Assembly: GCA_963730935.1 (NCBI GenBank)
Contig: CAVSTP010000004.1
Location: 1,216,001 to 1,280,000 of the forward strand
Length of the DNA: 64,000 bases
DNA from: an uncultured Nitrospiraceae bacterium
GTDB lineage: Bacteria > Nitrospirota > Nitrospiria > Nitrospirales > Nitrospiraceae
Direction: 5' to 3'
Below, one piece after another: positions 62,403-64,000 of this stretch. The notes under the pieces were generated by a model. It was not told the origin of the DNA. It saw only the letters and a program-made list of their open reading frames with translations, and made no database searches. The position numbers and the translations under genes were made by a program. Position 1 is the first letter of the stretch. Each line of letters starts with the position of its first letter.

Positions 62403-63660
62403 TTCCGCTCCTCCCCAACGATTGTTCTGCCTTAAAGGACAGTCCAATGGCCACCAAAATCCAAAACAAGGTGGCGAGACTCCCGGCAAACATATAGTCA
62501 AAAAGGTTTCTGACCACAAAGCCGATGACTGCCAAGGCAATGGCCATACGGAACACCATGGGTCCGCTCGGTCGAAGATCAGATACTCGTATGCCGGAAA
62601 GCAGCTCCTGAAGTGCGCACACTATGATCCAGGCGAACAAAAGAAAAGCAGGGATCCCGCTTCCCATGAGCACCATCGCAAAGGTGTTGTGTAAGGCTGG
62701 GAGTACTTTTTCTACTGGCCCCTTGTTCTTGTCTGCTTCAATCTCGGTCGCGTAGACTTTCGAAAACGTATCATTGCCGAAACCGGCGCCTACGATTGGG
62801 TGTTCAATTACTTGCTGCAATCCAAGCCGCCATGTTTTCACACGTGCGCTGAATGTCCAAGGATCGGTGGTCTCCTGCTGAAACCCAATTAACGATAGGG
62901 TAATCAACACACTTCCTGCCAGCACGGCGCCAATGAGGATCCATACAATCAATTGTTGCCGCCGAACAATGAACAGCAATCCTAGTGCCTGCGTGAAATG
63001 GGCAACCCACCCGGCTCGAGTGTAGGCGGCGACTTGTGCGAGCATCGACGTCGCGAGACTGAAGAGTCCCAGCGCTCGCGTTGCACGAGACGACTGGGTC
63101 AATAGCCATCCAATAAGAATCGGAATGACAAGCACGAAATAGGTCGTTAACCAATTGTAATCTGAAGATGGTGCGGCTGCCCGGACCAGACGATCTCTCC
63201 AACTACCTCCACGCAAGAAAAAATCCTCAAGAGCGAACATTGACAAGGCTAAGCTGCCCAACACCACCACAAACAAGATTTTACGGGTCGGTGCTTCATC
63301 GGCGCGAACGCGCAACACGAACATTGCCCAATAAAAGACGAGCATGGAGGCAACAAACTTTCGCCACTCCGAAAAACTGTATGCGGGATCGATCGCATAG
63401 GGGATCGTCAGCAACACCCAGCTCATGAATGCGATAAGCGGTATATCCAACCGGGTTCGAACATGCGGCTTGATTTTTTCTACCCAAGCAAAACCTATCG
63501 CCACGACGAACAACAGAAAGAAAACACGTTCTTGCAGACGAAAGAGTCTTGGAAAGAAAGTCAACAGTGTGATTCCGGCGAGCCCGTACACCTGAAGTTG
63601 CAATATCCACGGTCTGGCATGAAAACGATCTCCGAAGCCTTCTCGGGCATGGCTAGGCAT
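62383..63660 (-). CDS. O-antigen ligase/Wzy_C-family membrane protein
   Basis: Many TMs, YTRAGW, R...W, HPIVGAGFG, HN motif. Confidence 0.82.
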   Translation of the reverse strand: MPSHAREGFGDRFHARPWILQLQVYGLAGITLLTFFPRLFRLQERVFFLLFVVAIGFAWVEKIKPHVRTRLDIPLIAFMSWVLLTIPYAIDPAYSFSEWRKFVASMLVFYWAMFVLRVRADEAPTRKILFVVVLGSLALSMFALEDFFLRGGSWRDRLVRAAAPSSDYNWLTTYFVLVIPILIGWLLTQSSRATRALGLFSLATSMLAQVAAYTRAGWVAHFTQALGLLFIVRRQQLIVWILIGAVLAGSVLITLSLIGFQQETTDPWTFSARVKTWRLGLQQVIEHPIVGAGFGNDTFSKVYATEIEADKNKGPVEKVLPALHNTFAMVLMGSGIPAFLLFAWIIVCALQELLSGIRVSDLRPSGPMVFRMAIALAVIGFVVRNLFDYMFAGSLATLFWILVAIGLSFKAEQSLGRSGIEASTH

Positions 63661-63686
63661 ATTGATGTAACTCTTGAAAGTAACGG

Positions 63687-64000
63687 TCAGAAAACAGGTA
63701 TCCTCAGCTCAGACCCAGAGCTGCGCTCGGCTAGGCTGAGTTTTCTGTTGACGAGGATATTCACTATTCTTCCAGCGGTATGACCGTCCCAGCCATCCGG
63801 TATACCGCCTTTCACCCAGTCACCGGCCAAAGCCCTGTCCGCTTCCTCCAGAATCCGTTTTGTATCAGTACCGACAACACGATTAGTTCCGACAGTCACG
63901 GTGACAGGACGCTCCGTGCCTTCTCGCAGTGTCAAGCACGGAATGCCGAGGACGGTCGTCTCCTCCTGAATGCCTCCAGAGTCCGTGATCACCAATGCCG
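63687..64000 (-). CDS. wecB: UDP-N-acetylglucosamine 2-epimerase (3' part, truncated by window)
   Basis: TDSGGIQEE, PCLTLR..TERP, WDG.TA.RI. Confidence 0.9.
   Translation of the reverse strand, partial: ALVITDSGGIQEETTVLGIPCLTLREGTERPVTVTVGTNRVVGTDTKRILEEADRALAGDWVKGGIPDGWDGHTAGRIVNILVNRKLSLAERSSGSELRIPVF

Noticed and set aside
1..64000. CRISPR arrays, tRNA/rRNA, transposases, integrases, prophage
   Set aside because: None recognised by eye; nearly all sequence is accounted for by CDSs and gaps are under 300 nt

Overview
Bacterial chromosomal window. Gene style and content suggest Nitrospira/Nitrospirota; this is an inference, not a database result. (1) 0.1-6 kb is a metal-homeostasis island. 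A CDF exporter and a COG0523 GTPase on + converge on a minus-strand unit of His-rich RAPP leader ORF, TonB-dependent receptor, signal-peptide TonB_C-like protein and PAP2. (2) 6-21.7 kb is housekeeping: DAHP synthase, TatD, NYN nuclease, amidase, truA, cysE, ispF, ispD, PIN/TRAM, DegP, fbaB, fbp, DUF3108, a frameshifted PMM/PGM, manC and a kdsC-like gene. (3) 21.7-64 kb is a >42 kb minus-strand surface-polysaccharide cluster running off the window. It combines a Wzm/Wzt module and a Wzx module, with 8 putative methyltransferases, 2 SGNH proteins, an AsnB amidotransferase and an embedded glutamine-dependent NadE. Best leads: the putative metal-sensing ribosome-arrest uORF controlling the receptor; NadE next to a GME-like epimerase and an NDP-sugar dehydrogenase; a 25-aa motif shared by the giant glycosyltransferase and its neighbouring methyltransferase. 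No rRNA, tRNA, CRISPR or transposase was recognised. All calls are by motif recognition without searches, and several starts were moved from the ORF track to RBS- or overlap-supported codons.
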